Of a stretch of DNA of 64,000 bases, positions 30,354 to 41,266 are shown piece after piece. Numbering within the stretch: the stretch's first letter is position 1; the number at the start of each line of letters is the position of its first letter. Under the pieces are notes generated by a model. The model was given only the letters and a program-made list of their open reading frames with translations, did no database searches and was not told the DNA's origin. This DNA is from an uncultured Hormoscilla sp. (GTDB lineage Bacteria > Cyanobacteriota > Cyanobacteriia > Cyanobacteriales > Desertifilaceae): positions 4,928,001 through 4,992,000 of the forward strand of contig OZ001293.3 of NCBI GenBank assembly GCA_963921275.4. Direction: 5' to 3'. Both the position numbers and the translations under genes were made by a program.

Positions 30354-33300
30354 CTATTCTATGACAGCGGGGAGAACATCGGACTGATTTTTGCCCAAAT
30401 TGCCCAAGGCAAATGCTGCACTCCTACACACATCAGAATATTCATCCTTTAGCAGCTGAATTAGGCCCGAGACCACCTGTTCATCCCTGGCGCCCGATTT
30501 GCCCAAGGCTTCTGCTGCACGATTACACACCAAAGAATCTTCATCCTTTAGCAGCTGAACCAGGGCCGAGACCATTTTTTCATCCCTGGCGCCCAATTTG
30601 CCCAAGGCTTCTGCTGCACTCAAACGCACATAATACTCTTCATGCTTTAGCAGCTGAACCAGGCCCGAGACCACCTTTTTATCCCTGGCGCCCAATTTGA
30701 CCAAGGAATCTGCTGCATTATCACGCACATGATAATATTCATCCTTTAGCAGCTGAACCAGGGCCCAGACCACCTTTTCATTCTTGGCGCCCAATTTGCC
30801 CAAGGCTTCTGCTGCACTCAAACGCACATAATACTCTTCATGCTTTAGCAGCTGAACCAGGGCCGAGACCACCTTTTCATCCCTGGCGCCCAATTTGCCC
30901 AAGGCTTCTGCTGCACTCAAACGCACCCAAGAATCTTTATTCTTTAGCCACTGTTCATCCCTGGCGCCCCTGGCGTCTAATTTGCCCAAGGCTTCTGCTG
31001 CACTCCCACGCACAGAATAATCTTCATCCTTTAGCAGCTGAACCAGGGCCGAGACCACCTTTTCATCCCTGGCGCCCGATTTGCCCAAGGCTTCTGCTGC
31101 ACACAGAAAAAAATCATCCTCTAGCAGCTGAACCAGGGCCGAGACCACCTTTTCATCACTGGCGCCCAATTTGCCCAAGGCTTCTGCTGCACTCAAACGC
31201 ACATAATACTCTTCATGCTTTAGCAGCTGAACCAGGGCCGAGACCACCTTTTCATCACTGGCGCCCAATTCGACCAAGGCAAATGCTGCACGATTACACA
31301 CCAAAGAATCTTCATCTTCTAGCAGCTGAACCAGGACCGAGACCACCTTTTTATTCCTGGCGCCCGATTTGCCCAAGGTTTCTGCTGCACTCTCACGCAC
31401 AGAATAATCTTCATCCTTTAGCAGCTGAACCAGGGCCGAGACCACCTTTTCATCCCTGGCGCCCAAATTGATCAAGGCATCTGCTGCACTCCCACGCACA
31501 TGATAATATTCATCCTTTAGCAGCTGAACCAGGGCCGAGACCACCTTTTCATCCCTGGCGCCCAATTTGCCCAAGACTTTTGCTGCACTCCCACGCACCC
31601 AAGAATCTTCATCCTTTAGCAGCTGAACCAGGGCCGAGACCACCTTTTCATCCCTGGCGCCCAAATTGATCAAGGCTTTTGCTGCACTCTCACCCACCGG
31701 AGGATATTCATCCTTTAGCAGCTGAACCAGGGCCGAGACCACCTTTTCATCCCTGGCGCCCAATTTGATCAAGGCTTTTGCTGCACTCTCACGCACCGGA
31801 GGATATTCATCCTTTAGCAGCTGAACCAGGGCCGAGACCACCTTTTCATCCCTGGCGCCCAATTTGCCCAAGACTTTTGCTGCACTCTCACGGACAGAAT
31901 AATCTTCATACTTTAGCAGCTGAACCAGGGCCGAGACCACCTTTTCATCCCTGGCGCCCAAATTGATCAAGGCTTTTGCTGCACTCTCACGCACAAAATA
32001 ATTTTCATACTTTAGCATCTGAACCAGGGCCAAGACCACCTTTTCATCCCTGGCGCCCAAATTGACCAAGGCTTTTGCTGCACTCTCACGCACCCGAGGA
32101 TATTCATCCTTTAGCAGCTGAACCAGGGCCGAGACCACCTTTTCATCCCTAGCGCCCAAATTGACCAAGGCTTTTGCTGCACTCTCACGCACCCGAGGAT
32201 ATTCATCCTTTAGCAGCTGAACCAGGCCCGAGACCACCTTTTCATCCCTGGCGCCCAAATTGCCCAAGGCTTTTGCTGCACTCAAACGCACAGAAGAATC
32301 TTCATCCTTTAGCAGCTGAACCAGGGCCGAGACCACTTTTTCATCCCTGGCGCCCAATTCGACCAAGACTTTTGCTGCACTCCCACGCACCAAAGAATCT
32401 TCATCCTTTAGCAGCTGAACCAGGGCCGAGACCACCTTTTCATCCCTGGCGCCCAATTCGACCAAGACTTTTGCTGCACTCCCACGCACCAAAGAATCTT
32501 CATCCTTTAGCAGCTGAACCAGGGCCGAGACCATCTTTTCATCCCTGGCGCCCAATTCGACCAAGACTTTTGCTGCACTCTCACGCACAGAATAATCTTC
32601 ATCCTTTAGCAGCTGAACCAGGGCCAAGACCACCTGTTCATCCCTGGCGCCCAATTCGACCAAGACTTTTGCTGCTCTCAAACGCACCCAAGAATCCAAA
32701 AGAGATTCATCCCAAAAATTTTTATCCTTTAGCAGCTGAACCAGGGCCGAGACCACCTGTTCATTCCTGGCGCCCAAATTGACCAAGGCTTCTGCTGCAC
32801 TCAAACGCACAGAAGAATCTTCATCCTTTAGCAGCTGAACCAGAGCCGAGACCACCTGTTCATCCCTGGCGCCCAAATTGACCAAGGCTTCTGCTGCACT
32901 CAAACGCACAGAAGAATCTTCATCCTTTAGCAGCTGAACCAGAGCCGAGACCACCTGTTCATCCCTGGCGCCCAAATTGACCAAGGCTTGTGCTGCACTC
33001 CCACGCACCAAAGAATCTTCATCCTTTAGCAGCTGAACCAGGGCCGAGACCACCTGTTCATCTCTGGCGCCCGATTTGCCCAAGGCTTCTGCTGCACTCC
33101 CACGCACCAAAGAATCTTCATCCTTTAGCAGCTGAACCAGGGCCGAGACCACCTTTTCATCCCTGGCGCCCAATTCGACCAAGGCTTCTGCTGCACTCAA
33201 ACGCACCCAAGAATCTTTATCCTTTAGCAGCTGAACCAGGGCCGAGACCACCTGTTCATCCCTGGCGCCCAATTTGCCCAAGGCTTGTGCTGCACTCCCA

Positions 33301-33449
33301 CGCACCAAAGAATCTTCATCCTTTAGCAGCTGAACCAGGGCCGAGACCTCCTTTTCATCCCTGGCGCCCAAATTGACCAAAGCTTTTACTGCTTCTTCTA
33401 AGGCTACCTGATATTTCCGCGATTTACTTTCGTCAATGTCTTGGGTCAT
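30354..33449 (-). CDS. HEAT (PBS-lyase/alphaRep-like) repeat protein, ~32 x 31-aa repeats; C-cap probably truncated
   Basis: 93-bp repeats encoding VR.SAA.AL..LGARDEKVVSALVQLLKDE. Confidence 0.9.
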   Translation of the reverse strand: MTQDIDESKSRKYQVALEEAVKALVNLGARDEKEVSALVQLLKDEDSLVRGSAAQALGKLGARDEQVVSALVQLLKDKDSWVRLSAAEALVELGARDEKVVSALVQLLKDEDSLVRGSAAEALGKSGARDEQVVSALVQLLKDEDSLVRGSAAQALVNLGARDEQVVSALVQLLKDEDSSVRLSAAEALVNLGARDEQVVSALVQLLKDEDSSVRLSAAEALVNLGARNEQVVSALVQLLKDKNFWDESLLDSWVRLRAAKVLVELGARDEQVVLALVQLLKDEDYSVRESAAKVLVELGARDEKMVSALVQLLKDEDSLVRGSAAKVLVELGARDEKVVSALVQLLKDEDSLVRGSAAKVLVELGARDEKVVSALVQLLKDEDSSVRLSAAKALGNLGARDEKVVSGLVQLLKDEYPRVRESAAKALVNLGARDEKVVSALVQLLKDEYPRVRESAAKALVNLGARDEKVVLALVQMLKYENYFVRESAAKALINLGARDEKVVSALVQLLKYEDYSVRESAAKVLGKLGARDEKVVSALVQLLKDEYPPVRESAAKALIKLGARDEKVVSALVQLLKDEYPPVGESAAKALINLGARDEKVVSALVQLLKDEDSWVRGSAAKVLGKLGARDEKVVSALVQLLKDEYYHVRGSAADALINLGARDEKVVSALVQLLKDEDYSVRESAAETLGKSGARNKKVVSVLVQLLEDEDSLVCNRAAFALVELGASDEKVVSALVQLLKHEEYYVRLSAAEALGKLGASDEKVVSALVQLLEDDFFLCAAEALGKSGARDEKVVSALVQLLKDEDYSVRGSAAEALGKLDARGARDEQWLKNKDSWVRLSAAEALGKLGARDEKVVSALVQLLKHEEYYVRLSAAEALGKLGAKNEKVVWALVQLLKDEYYHVRDNAADSLVKLGARDKKVVSGLVQLLKHEEYYVRLSAAEALGKLGARDEKMVSALVQLLKDEDSLVCNRAAEALGKSGARDEQVVSGLIQLLKDEYSDVCRSAAFALGNLGKNQSDVLPAVIE

Positions 33450-33849
33450 GGTTATCCTCCAAGTTACCTTGAACTAATCATATTATATTGTCGCAAGTAG
33501 GTTGAATTTGAGATATTTTATCTGTCTCGTTAGGCCGCAGGCCCGCCTTCGCGAGATCTTGGGAGCGCTATTCGCACTACCCAGGATCTCGCGAGGGTTC
33601 AAACCCCCGCTTTGGCGGAACCAGGGAACGAGGCTCAAGTCGGTTTAAAACCGACTATAAACCTTGTATGTTAAGCTTTCAGTCCACTTAATACAGTTTT
33701 ATTCTCCACATCTTTTGACGGAGGCGTCCGCGTAGCGTGCGCGCAGCGCATTCGCCCGGCCTCTCCCATACAGCGGTACCGCCTCCCCACTCTAAGCCCC
33801 GGTTTAGAGTGGGGAGGCGAGATGTGTTAACATTGGAAGTATGAGCAAA

Positions 33850-34596
33850 TTAAAACCAGCCTTCCAGTTCTAACTCTTCAATTAATTGTAGGGCACGCGG
33901 ATCGCCCACTTTCAGCAGGGCGGCCTTAGCGTCTTCCCGGACACCTAGATCTTCATCTTCGGCAAAAGACTCAATCAAAGCATCGATCGCCCCAGCATAG
34001 ACTACATTAGAAGGGAGTTCGCGGCAGAGTTCGCCCAAAGACCAAGCGCAGTTACTGCGGACAGCGGGTATGGAGTCTGTGCGCAAAGCTGTAATCAAAG
34101 GGGGAACAGCCTTGACTAATTCAGCATAACCCACTTCTGCCATCTGCGCCAGAGCACTAGCAGCCCAGAGACGCACCGCAGAGATATCAGTTGACAAAGC
34201 ATCCACCAGGGGTGGCAAAGCACGGAGGTCGCGACAGTTACCCAGGGCCCAAACCACCCCCTTGCGCACGTAACCATTCCAATCATTTTGCAGCTGAAGA
34301 ATCAAAGGAGTAACCGCATCGGGGCTGGGGTTGCGACCCAAAGCATAAGCAGCGCTAACACGCACCAAGGGACAGACATCGGCCAACAGCCCGATCAGGA
34401 GAGGAATAGCCCGCCCATCCTGAATTTCACAAAAAGCTCGGGCCGCCAACATCCGCTGCTGGGTTTCTGGTGCTGCCAGGAGAGCCAGCATCTCCTCTGG
34501 ATCCGGTAGGGGTTCCTCTTCAACCGGTTCCATGCGATCCAGAGGACTCTCCAGCTCTGTCTGGCCGTCTAGTAGGAATAGGTCATCATCGTTCAT
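33850..34596 (-). CDS. Conserved cyanobacterial HEAT/PBS-lyase repeat protein
   Basis: VRVSAAYALGR, GYVRKGVVWALG and VRSNCAWSLG motifs. Confidence 0.85.
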   Translation of the reverse strand: MNDDDLFLLDGQTELESPLDRMEPVEEEPLPDPEEMLALLAAPETQQRMLAARAFCEIQDGRAIPLLIGLLADVCPLVRVSAAYALGRNPSPDAVTPLILQLQNDWNGYVRKGVVWALGNCRDLRALPPLVDALSTDISAVRLWAASALAQMAEVGYAELVKAVPPLITALRTDSIPAVRSNCAWSLGELCRELPSNVVYAGAIDALIESFAEDEDLGVREDAKAALLKVGDPRALQLIEELELEGWF

Positions 34597-35039
34597 GATC
34601 GCAGTTTAGCAGACTATTGAGCAGAGTCGTTCGCGTAGCGTGCGCGCAGCGCACTCGCGATCGCCATCTTGCCCGTAACCGATCAATGCTGTCAAACCTC
34701 CTTTCTGGTAGGGTGAGCACCGCCCACCGGGGACTTTCTGGTTGCTAGGACCTGCCTGGTAACCCAAACCAGAGGCTCCTGCCTTAAATAGGGTATGACT
34801 TGATGAGGATATGTTCTCGTCAGCTGTCGAGAGTTTCCACCAGGGTCTGTCAAAGGGCGATCGCGAAAACAATTCAATAGTTTTTGACAATATTTGGCTA
34901 TTATAATAGTCATAATAGCCGCAGCTATATTTACAAGCTCAATTATACATAATTGAGCTGCTACTTACTGCGGTTGTATTTATTTTCATCTGACTATATC
35001 TGTTGCAATCAAGCCAGTATTGCTTTCATCTTTCCTGGC

Positions 35040-36025
35040 TCAATGAAATTGAGCATACCTACTAATTCCCCAAAGATTCTGTCCGATCTACCCGACGGGA
35101 TAATTGGCACTAATGCCCCGATCGCCTACCGCTCTAGCATTTCAATAAATCACCGCGACAGTAAACACTCTTTGGTCGGGACTTACAGGGTTTCATTTGT
35201 AGCATACATTTTTCTAAATGGTAATATACGGTGCAAACTTTCCCTAAGCTTGCTGTTGCTGGCCAGTGGGTTCTTCGATCTCGATCCAACTGGAACACTT
35301 GCACTAATGCCCCGATCGCTTTTGGAGAATCATTCCCTATTTTTCCTAAACTTTCTGCTACTTGCCGGCGCGTCTCTCCATTTCTACTATTCTCTAGCAC
35401 TTACACCAATGCCTCGATCGCTTCTGAATCACTATTCCCTATTTTCCCTAAACTTTTTGCTACTTGCCGGCGCGTCTCTTCTACTATTCTCTAGCACTTT
35501 CACTAATGCCCCGATCGTCGATACCGTGCAAATTTTCCCTAAGCTTTCTGCTGCTTCCCTGTCAGTTGATTCTGATTGATAATACTGTAGCGTAGTTTGA
35601 CCAGCAGCAATTTTCCCAATCAAAGCAATTCCCTTTTCCTTTATTTTCCCTTGCCCTTGGGCTATAATTTGACTCAATAAAGCTTCCTTCTCAAGCCGCT
35701 GCTTCTGCACCATTTCGTCGCGTTTAGTGCCCTGTTCGAGAGAAATATCTCCCTCCATTTTATCGATTTTTTGCTCTGACACCAGCCCTAGGGGAACATC
35801 AATCGGTTGTCGCTCTTTCTTCGCTTTCTCATTATTGTGAAACAGATAATTTCCGGCGATTACCGTATTGAGCATTCCCGCACTAATGTAGCGCCCGGCT
35901 CCCTGTCTTTCGCTCCTCGCATCCTGCCCCGAAACAATAATAGTTTTGCTTTCAATATGAACTTTACTGCCAGGGGCAGCAAAAGCGCCTATTTTCTCAG
36001 CCAACTTACCATATTCTATATTCAT
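35040..36025 (-). pseudogene. Internally deleted NACHT-HEAT (NLR-like) gene
   Basis: IDVPLGLV pre-NACHT segment and a degenerate Walker A (ALIGKIAAGQTTL) joined directly to HEAT repeats (AESLGKIG) in shifted frames. Confidence 0.6.
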
Positions 36026-36304
36026 AGCTAATCATCCCAATTTTCAAAATCTATCTTACAGAGATTACCACATTTTCAACCATCAATAACTTCCGCTCCG
36101 GATCCCTTGACCTAGCGCGATATAATATTAGATCGCGCATGTCAAGCGATCGGGGTGCATCTCATATTGGTAAATAGATAACTCAGGTAACGATATAATA
36201 AGGGTTTCAGCCTTCAAACCTAGTGTTTTTGCAAAGATGCACCCAAGTGATAAATGATACTGCCCTGGGAGGGCGACCTGGTAGACTTTTCAAACAACCT
36301 CTAA

Positions 36305-36745
36305 TTAAAAGCTCTGATGCTCAATTTTACCCGTACTGCCAGCTTGGACAAATTGCCCGATTTTATCGGCAAATTTGCCAAGATTAGACATGGATGGTTG
36401 TCGAAACTTCTGCTCATCTTTAATTTCTTGGAGAACTTCATATAGCATGGAATTTTGGTCAGCTTCTGCTTCTGCTGCTGTTGCCAATTCCTGCATCGCT
36501 TGGGCAACTTGAGGATTTCCCTTTGTTGCTGCTTCTATCTCCTGCATTGCTTTACTATAATCTAAAGGTAGTTCCCTCACCTGTTCAATGGCTATCATAG
36601 TACCTGGAGATTCTTCCTTGAGGGATTCTAGAAACTTTGCCGTCTGGTCAAATACTGCTTCTCCAACTTTTTCTCCTGTTTTTTCCAATGCTTTCGTAGC
36701 TAATACAGATCCAATAACTACAGCCGCCGTTGTTAAAGGTTCCAT
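36305..36745 (-). CDS. Small Bell-like helical protein with a C-terminal low-complexity motif
   Basis: MEPLTTAAVVIGSVLATKALEKTGEKVGE N-terminus; C-terminal motif shared with the downstream gene's N-terminus. Confidence 0.6.
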   Translation of the reverse strand: MEPLTTAAVVIGSVLATKALEKTGEKVGEAVFDQTAKFLESLKEESPGTMIAIEQVRELPLDYSKAMQEIEAATKGNPQVAQAMQELATAAEAEADQNSMLYEVLQEIKDEQKFRQPSMSNLGKFADKIGQFVQAGSTGKIEHQSF

Positions 36746-37322
36746 AATTCACAATCTCCTATCTGATACAGGTATTTAAATATACTCTGGAAGCCATTCG
36801 TGATTATACTTAAATAACCACAAATCAATATCCCGTGAGGGGGGATGGCAATAACCCCTCTTTTTAGCTAATTGCTGATGCAGCAAATTTTTACTAGCTC
36901 CAACAGCATACAGCACTCGCTCATCAATCATATTAAAAACCGTGCTCCCATTCTGCAACGGGGTGTCACCCCTCACTTCAGACAATTGCAGCAATTATTT
37001 TCTCATCTCCAACAGCAGGGAAGTCCAGGATGAGGCTTTCTCTGCCTCTGGTGTCGTTAAAGTTTCCATAATTCACAATCTCCTCTCCTATCTGATACAG
37101 GTATTTCAATCTACTCTGGGATATACTCGTGATTATACTCAATTTACCCCAAATAAATATACTGTGGAGTAATGGTAATAACCCCTCTTTTTAGCTAATT
37201 GCTGATGCAGCAAATTTTTACTAGCTCCAGCAGCATACAGCACTCGCTCATCAATCATATTAAGGAACTGCGCTCCATAGGAGCAACGGGGTGTCACCCC
37301 TCATTTCAGGCAATTGCAGCAA
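36732..37322. repeat. Imperfect ~265-bp direct duplication (36732-36994 / 37056-37322) of the upstream region and first codons of the Bell-like gene
   Basis: Shared CCATAATTCACAATCTCCT...GCAACGGGGTGTCACCCCTCA. Confidence 0.85.
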
Positions 37323-38087
37323 CGGCTTCATAGCTTACTGTGTGGGGGATGGCGTTGTAGGTCGGGCCACTTTTCGGTACATGATCGCACTTTACGCTCT
37401 GCAAGGGTTTTGCTACATTTTGGCCCAATTTCCAGGCAGATCGCAATAGGTAATATTGCCAGAAATCCAGGCAGTGTCAGCTTTTTAACTTTTTTCAGCA
37501 AGCCCTAAATACTATAAATAGGTGGACAAAAATATTTACACATTCGCTCGTTGGCTTAACCGATCAATGGTAGGCGGTGCCCACCCTACAGCCCACAGTG
37601 TAATTAATGGCTGTCCTATTACTTAGCCCGCGCCGGAAGGTTGCCACGCTGCGCACGCTGCGCGAAAAATCGGAATGACATTGCTTTGTTTGTATAGCCC
37701 CAGTCTTTAGGGCGATCGCCACAAAATAAATAAATATTATAGAATATATACATTGCTACTCTAGCTATGTTATCGGCAGTTCGCCGAACAATTGCCGATA
37801 TCTCGCCAGCAGTTCATCGGGAGTAGCATATCGCTGCCCCCGATCGTCTATCGCAATTAGCGAGCTGCCGCAGCACAGACAGAGGGACCACTGGCGATCG
37901 CACATAGCGGCACCCCGTACCATGTCCTTGATGCTTTGATGATGGTAAGCTGATTGGTGCTGTTGAGTACAGTCGCGAACTTATCTTTCCCTTAATCTCA
38001 GAACCAGTGACGGGCAGGCGATCCGCCCGCCCTACGCACCCCGGGCAGGCGATCCGCCCGCCCCACGGACCATTAACCACCGACATA

Positions 38088-39479
38088 ATGACAGAACTGA
38101 CACCCAACTCTAGCTTTAGCTTGAAGATTCGCCTAGAATTGCCTAATCGCGCCGGATCCTTGGCCAGCGTTACCCAGGCGATCGCCTCTGTGGGGGGCAA
38201 CCTGGACGAAATTAATTTGATCGATCGCACGCGCGAGATGACAGTGCGGGAGATCGTCGTAGATACCTCCAGTACGGAACATAGCGAGAAAATTGTGGAA
38301 GCGGTCAAGGCCCTGCCGGAAATTAAGGTACTCCAGATCTCCGATCGCACCTTCGACATGCACCAAGGGGGCAAAATCACCGTCGGCAGTAAGCTGCCAC
38401 TCAAAGGTCAGGGGGATCTGGCAATGGCCTACACCCCCGGCGTGGGTCGCATCTGTAGGGCGATCGCCGAAAAGCCCGAAGAAGTCTACAACTTGACCAT
38501 CAAGCAAAACACCGTCGCCATTGTGACCGATGGCAGTGCCGTACTCGGGTTAGGGAACCTGGGTCCAGAAGCGGCCCTGCCAGTGATGGAAGGCAAAGCG
38601 ATGCTATTCAAGGAATTCGGCGGCATTGACGCTTTCCCCATCTGCCTGGCCACCCAGGATACAGATACCATTGTCGAAACAGTCAAGCACATCGCCCCGG
38701 TCTTCGGCGGTGTCAACCTGGAAGACATCAGCGCCCCCCGTTGCTTTGAAATCGAACAGCGACTGCGACAGGAATTAGATATTCCCATCTTTCACGACGA
38801 CCAACATGGCACTGCTATTGTCACCCTGGCAGCTTTGTACAATGCCCTGAAGGTGGCGAAAAAATCCCTGGAGTCGGTGCGGATCGTCTTTAACGGTGCC
38901 GGGGCCTCGGGAGTGGCCGTCGCCCGCTTGCTACGTCAAGCTGGGGCCAAGACTATCTTGATGTGCGATCGCCAAGGAATTCTTTCCACTCAGCGCGGCG
39001 ACCTCACCCTAGAAAAACAAGAATTTGCCGTGTCCGCAGCCGGCACCCTGGCCGGGGCCATCCAAGGTGCAGATGTCTTCATTGGTCTGAGTGGTCCCGG
39101 TCTCTTGACCCCAGAAATGGTGCGATCGATGGCCAAAGACCCGATCGTGTTTGCGATGGCCAACCCCATTCCCGAAATTCAGCCAGAGTTAGTCGCAGAG
39201 GATGTGGCTGTTATGGCTACAGGTCGCAGCGACTATCCCAATCAAATTAACAATGTGTTAGCATTCCCCGGAGTGCTTCGGGGGGCTTTAGACTGTCGGG
39301 CCTCCACGATTACGACTAAAATGTATCAGTCCGCTGGGGCCGCGATCGCCTCCTTGATCGCCCCCACCGATCTGGACCGAGAAAACATCATCCCCTCCGT
39401 CTTCGATCCGCGCGTTGCTAGTGTCGTAGCTGCTGCGGTACAACGTTGCGCCCGTGAAGAAGGCATTGCTAAATGTTAA
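38088..39479 (+). CDS. ACT-domain malic enzyme
   Basis: AYTPGV, VTDGSAVLGLG, NLEDISAP, HDDQHGTA and TGRSDYPNQINN motifs. Confidence 0.93.
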   Translation: MTELTPNSSFSLKIRLELPNRAGSLASVTQAIASVGGNLDEINLIDRTREMTVREIVVDTSSTEHSEKIVEAVKALPEIKVLQISDRTFDMHQGGKITVGSKLPLKGQGDLAMAYTPGVGRICRAIAEKPEEVYNLTIKQNTVAIVTDGSAVLGLGNLGPEAALPVMEGKAMLFKEFGGIDAFPICLATQDTDTIVETVKHIAPVFGGVNLEDISAPRCFEIEQRLRQELDIPIFHDDQHGTAIVTLAALYNALKVAKKSLESVRIVFNGAGASGVAVARLLRQAGAKTILMCDRQGILSTQRGDLTLEKQEFAVSAAGTLAGAIQGADVFIGLSGPGLLTPEMVRSMAKDPIVFAMANPIPEIQPELVAEDVAVMATGRSDYPNQINNVLAFPGVLRGALDCRASTITTKMYQSAGAAIASLIAPTDLDRENIIPSVFDPRVASVVAAAVQRCAREEGIAKC

Positions 39480-39649
39480 TTGCGTTCCCAGGGTTCACAA
39501 AATAACGAGACTAATGACTAATGGCTAATAGCATTTTGTCAAAACAATGTACAATTAGTCTCAGGATTATCCTCTTAGTCGGTTTTAACCGACTTTAGCT
39601 ATTAGCCTCTGGTTTGAACCAGAGGCGGGCTGACAAATAATAGTGAAAT

Positions 39650-40423
39650 ATGGATGTAATACCCGCGATCGATTTACTAGAAGGCAAATGCGTCCGCTTG
39701 TATCAGGGAGACTACGAACAACAGCAAATATTTGATGAAAATCCCGTTGCCGTAGCTAAACAGTGGGTAGACCAAGGTGCTACTAGACTCCACCTGGTAG
39801 ACTTGGATGGTGCTAAGACCGGTAAACCTGTTAATATGAAAGCGATCGCCGACATTGTCCGAGCCATAGCAGTACCAGTGCAAGTCGGAGGCGGTCTGCG
39901 GGACTATGCCAAAGTTGCCAACCTCCTCTCCTTAGGAGTACAACAGGCAATTGTCGGAACAGTGGCCGTAGAACAGCCCCAATTAGTAGGGGAGTTATGT
40001 CGAGAATTTCCCGGACAAATTATCATTGGCATTGACGCCCGTCAGGGAAAAGTTGCCACCCGGGGTTGGCTAGAAACATCAGAAATATTAGCAACATCCC
40101 TCGCCCAGCAGATGGCAGAACAGGGGGCTGCTACTATTATCTATACAGATATCCAGCGGGATGGAACTCTCAAGGGTCCAAATATGGCAGCTTTGAGAGA
40201 AGTTGCGGAAGCAGTTGATATTCCGGTAATTGCTTCTGGCGGAGTTAGCAGCATCACCGACCTTTTGAGTTTGCTATCACTCGAACCCCTAGGAGTACGC
40301 GGCGTAATTATCGGTCGCGCCCTCTATACAGGTGATGTTATCCTCAAAGAAGCATTGCAAGCAGTTGGTCCAGGACGCTTGCAGGATGTTCCCCCAAATT
40401 TAGGATATTCTACCTTTGCTTGA
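39650..40423 (+). CDS. hisA: ProFAR isomerase
   Basis: [24 protein letters not shown] and [10 protein letters not shown] motifs. Confidence 0.95.
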   Translation: MDVIPAIDLLEGKCVRLYQGDYEQQQIFDENPVAVAKQWVDQGATRLHLVDLDGAKTGKPVNMKAIADIVRAIAVPVQVGGGLRDYAKVANLLSLGVQQAIVGTVAVEQPQLVGELCREFPGQIIIGIDARQGKVATRGWLETSEILATSLAQQMAEQGAATIIYTDIQRDGTLKGPNMAALREVAEAVDIPVIASGGVSSITDLLSLLSLEPLGVRGVIIGRALYTGDVILKEALQAVGPGRLQDVPPNLGYSTFA

Positions 40424-40459
40424 TTCAATTTTAAATGGCAAATTGTGAATGGGAAATAT

Positions 40460-40484
40460 GTAGGGTGGGCAATGCCCACCTTAC
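40460..40484. repeat. REP-like palindrome GTAGGGTGGGCAATGCCCACCTTAC
   Basis: Identical copy at 46455-46479; related inverted copy at ~37569-37589. Confidence 0.8.
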
Positions 40485-40537
40485 GGCGACAACGAACATG
40501 GGATCCGCCTGTTTGACGCAACATCCTAGGAATAACC

Positions 40538-41158
40538 ATGACAGAAAAACAGAAAAAGAAAATATTTTCCAGCTTTGATGAAAAAAAAGCTTTCAAGCAA
40601 CTTAAGATTACCAAGTTATCTGGATGGGATCTAGAAGCGCAACCAGTACAGCCGAGTGAGTTCTTTCATCAACGTCTAACCAGACTGACACAGAGGTTTA
40701 ATTTGAAAAATTCGGAAAAAGCCAAAGAATTATTAATTGATGCGATTTGTGAAGAAGGCTTAGAAGGATTTAAAAATCTCATATTTTGGAAAGGTGCGGC
40801 TTTAGAAAGTGATGAATTAACGGGTAATGTAGACTATTTACTTACAGAAAATAAAGGTTATTTAGAAGCGCCATTTTTATGTGTAGTTGAAGCCAAAAAG
40901 GATGACTTTGAAAAAGGATTGGCTCAATGTATGGTGGAAATGCAAGCCTGTCAATGGAATAATCAACAACTCGGGAAAAATATAGATATTTTTGGCATAG
41001 TTACTAATGGTGAAGGCTGGAAATTTTACAAACTGACTGTAGCAGGCATGGTTTATGAAACCTTACTTTATTCTATCAGTAACATATCAGTAATTTTGGG
41101 AATATTACACGATCTTTTTCAACAATGCGAAAGTGCAATTATACCACAAGAGGAATAA
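40538..41158 (+). CDS. PD-(D/E)XK nuclease-fold hypothetical protein (HsdR N-terminal-like)
   Basis: G.VDY...VVEAKK...GLAQ...GIVTNG..WKF. Confidence 0.7.
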   Translation: MTEKQKKKIFSSFDEKKAFKQLKITKLSGWDLEAQPVQPSEFFHQRLTRLTQRFNLKNSEKAKELLIDAICEEGLEGFKNLIFWKGAALESDELTGNVDYLLTENKGYLEAPFLCVVEAKKDDFEKGLAQCMVEMQACQWNNQQLGKNIDIFGIVTNGEGWKFYKLTVAGMVYETLLYSISNISVILGILHDLFQQCESAIIPQEE

Positions 41159-41266
41159 GCGGTCCAGAAAAGCCCGATGGACAGTGGGGAGAAAATGCAG
41201 ATCCGGCGCGCGATGATTTGCTAAACTACAGAGAATCAAACCAGAAGGGAACATTCACCAAAGCTT

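Noticed and set aside
30413..33376. Plus-strand His/Pro-rich repeat ORFs
   Set aside because: Antisense shadows of the HEAT repeat gene.
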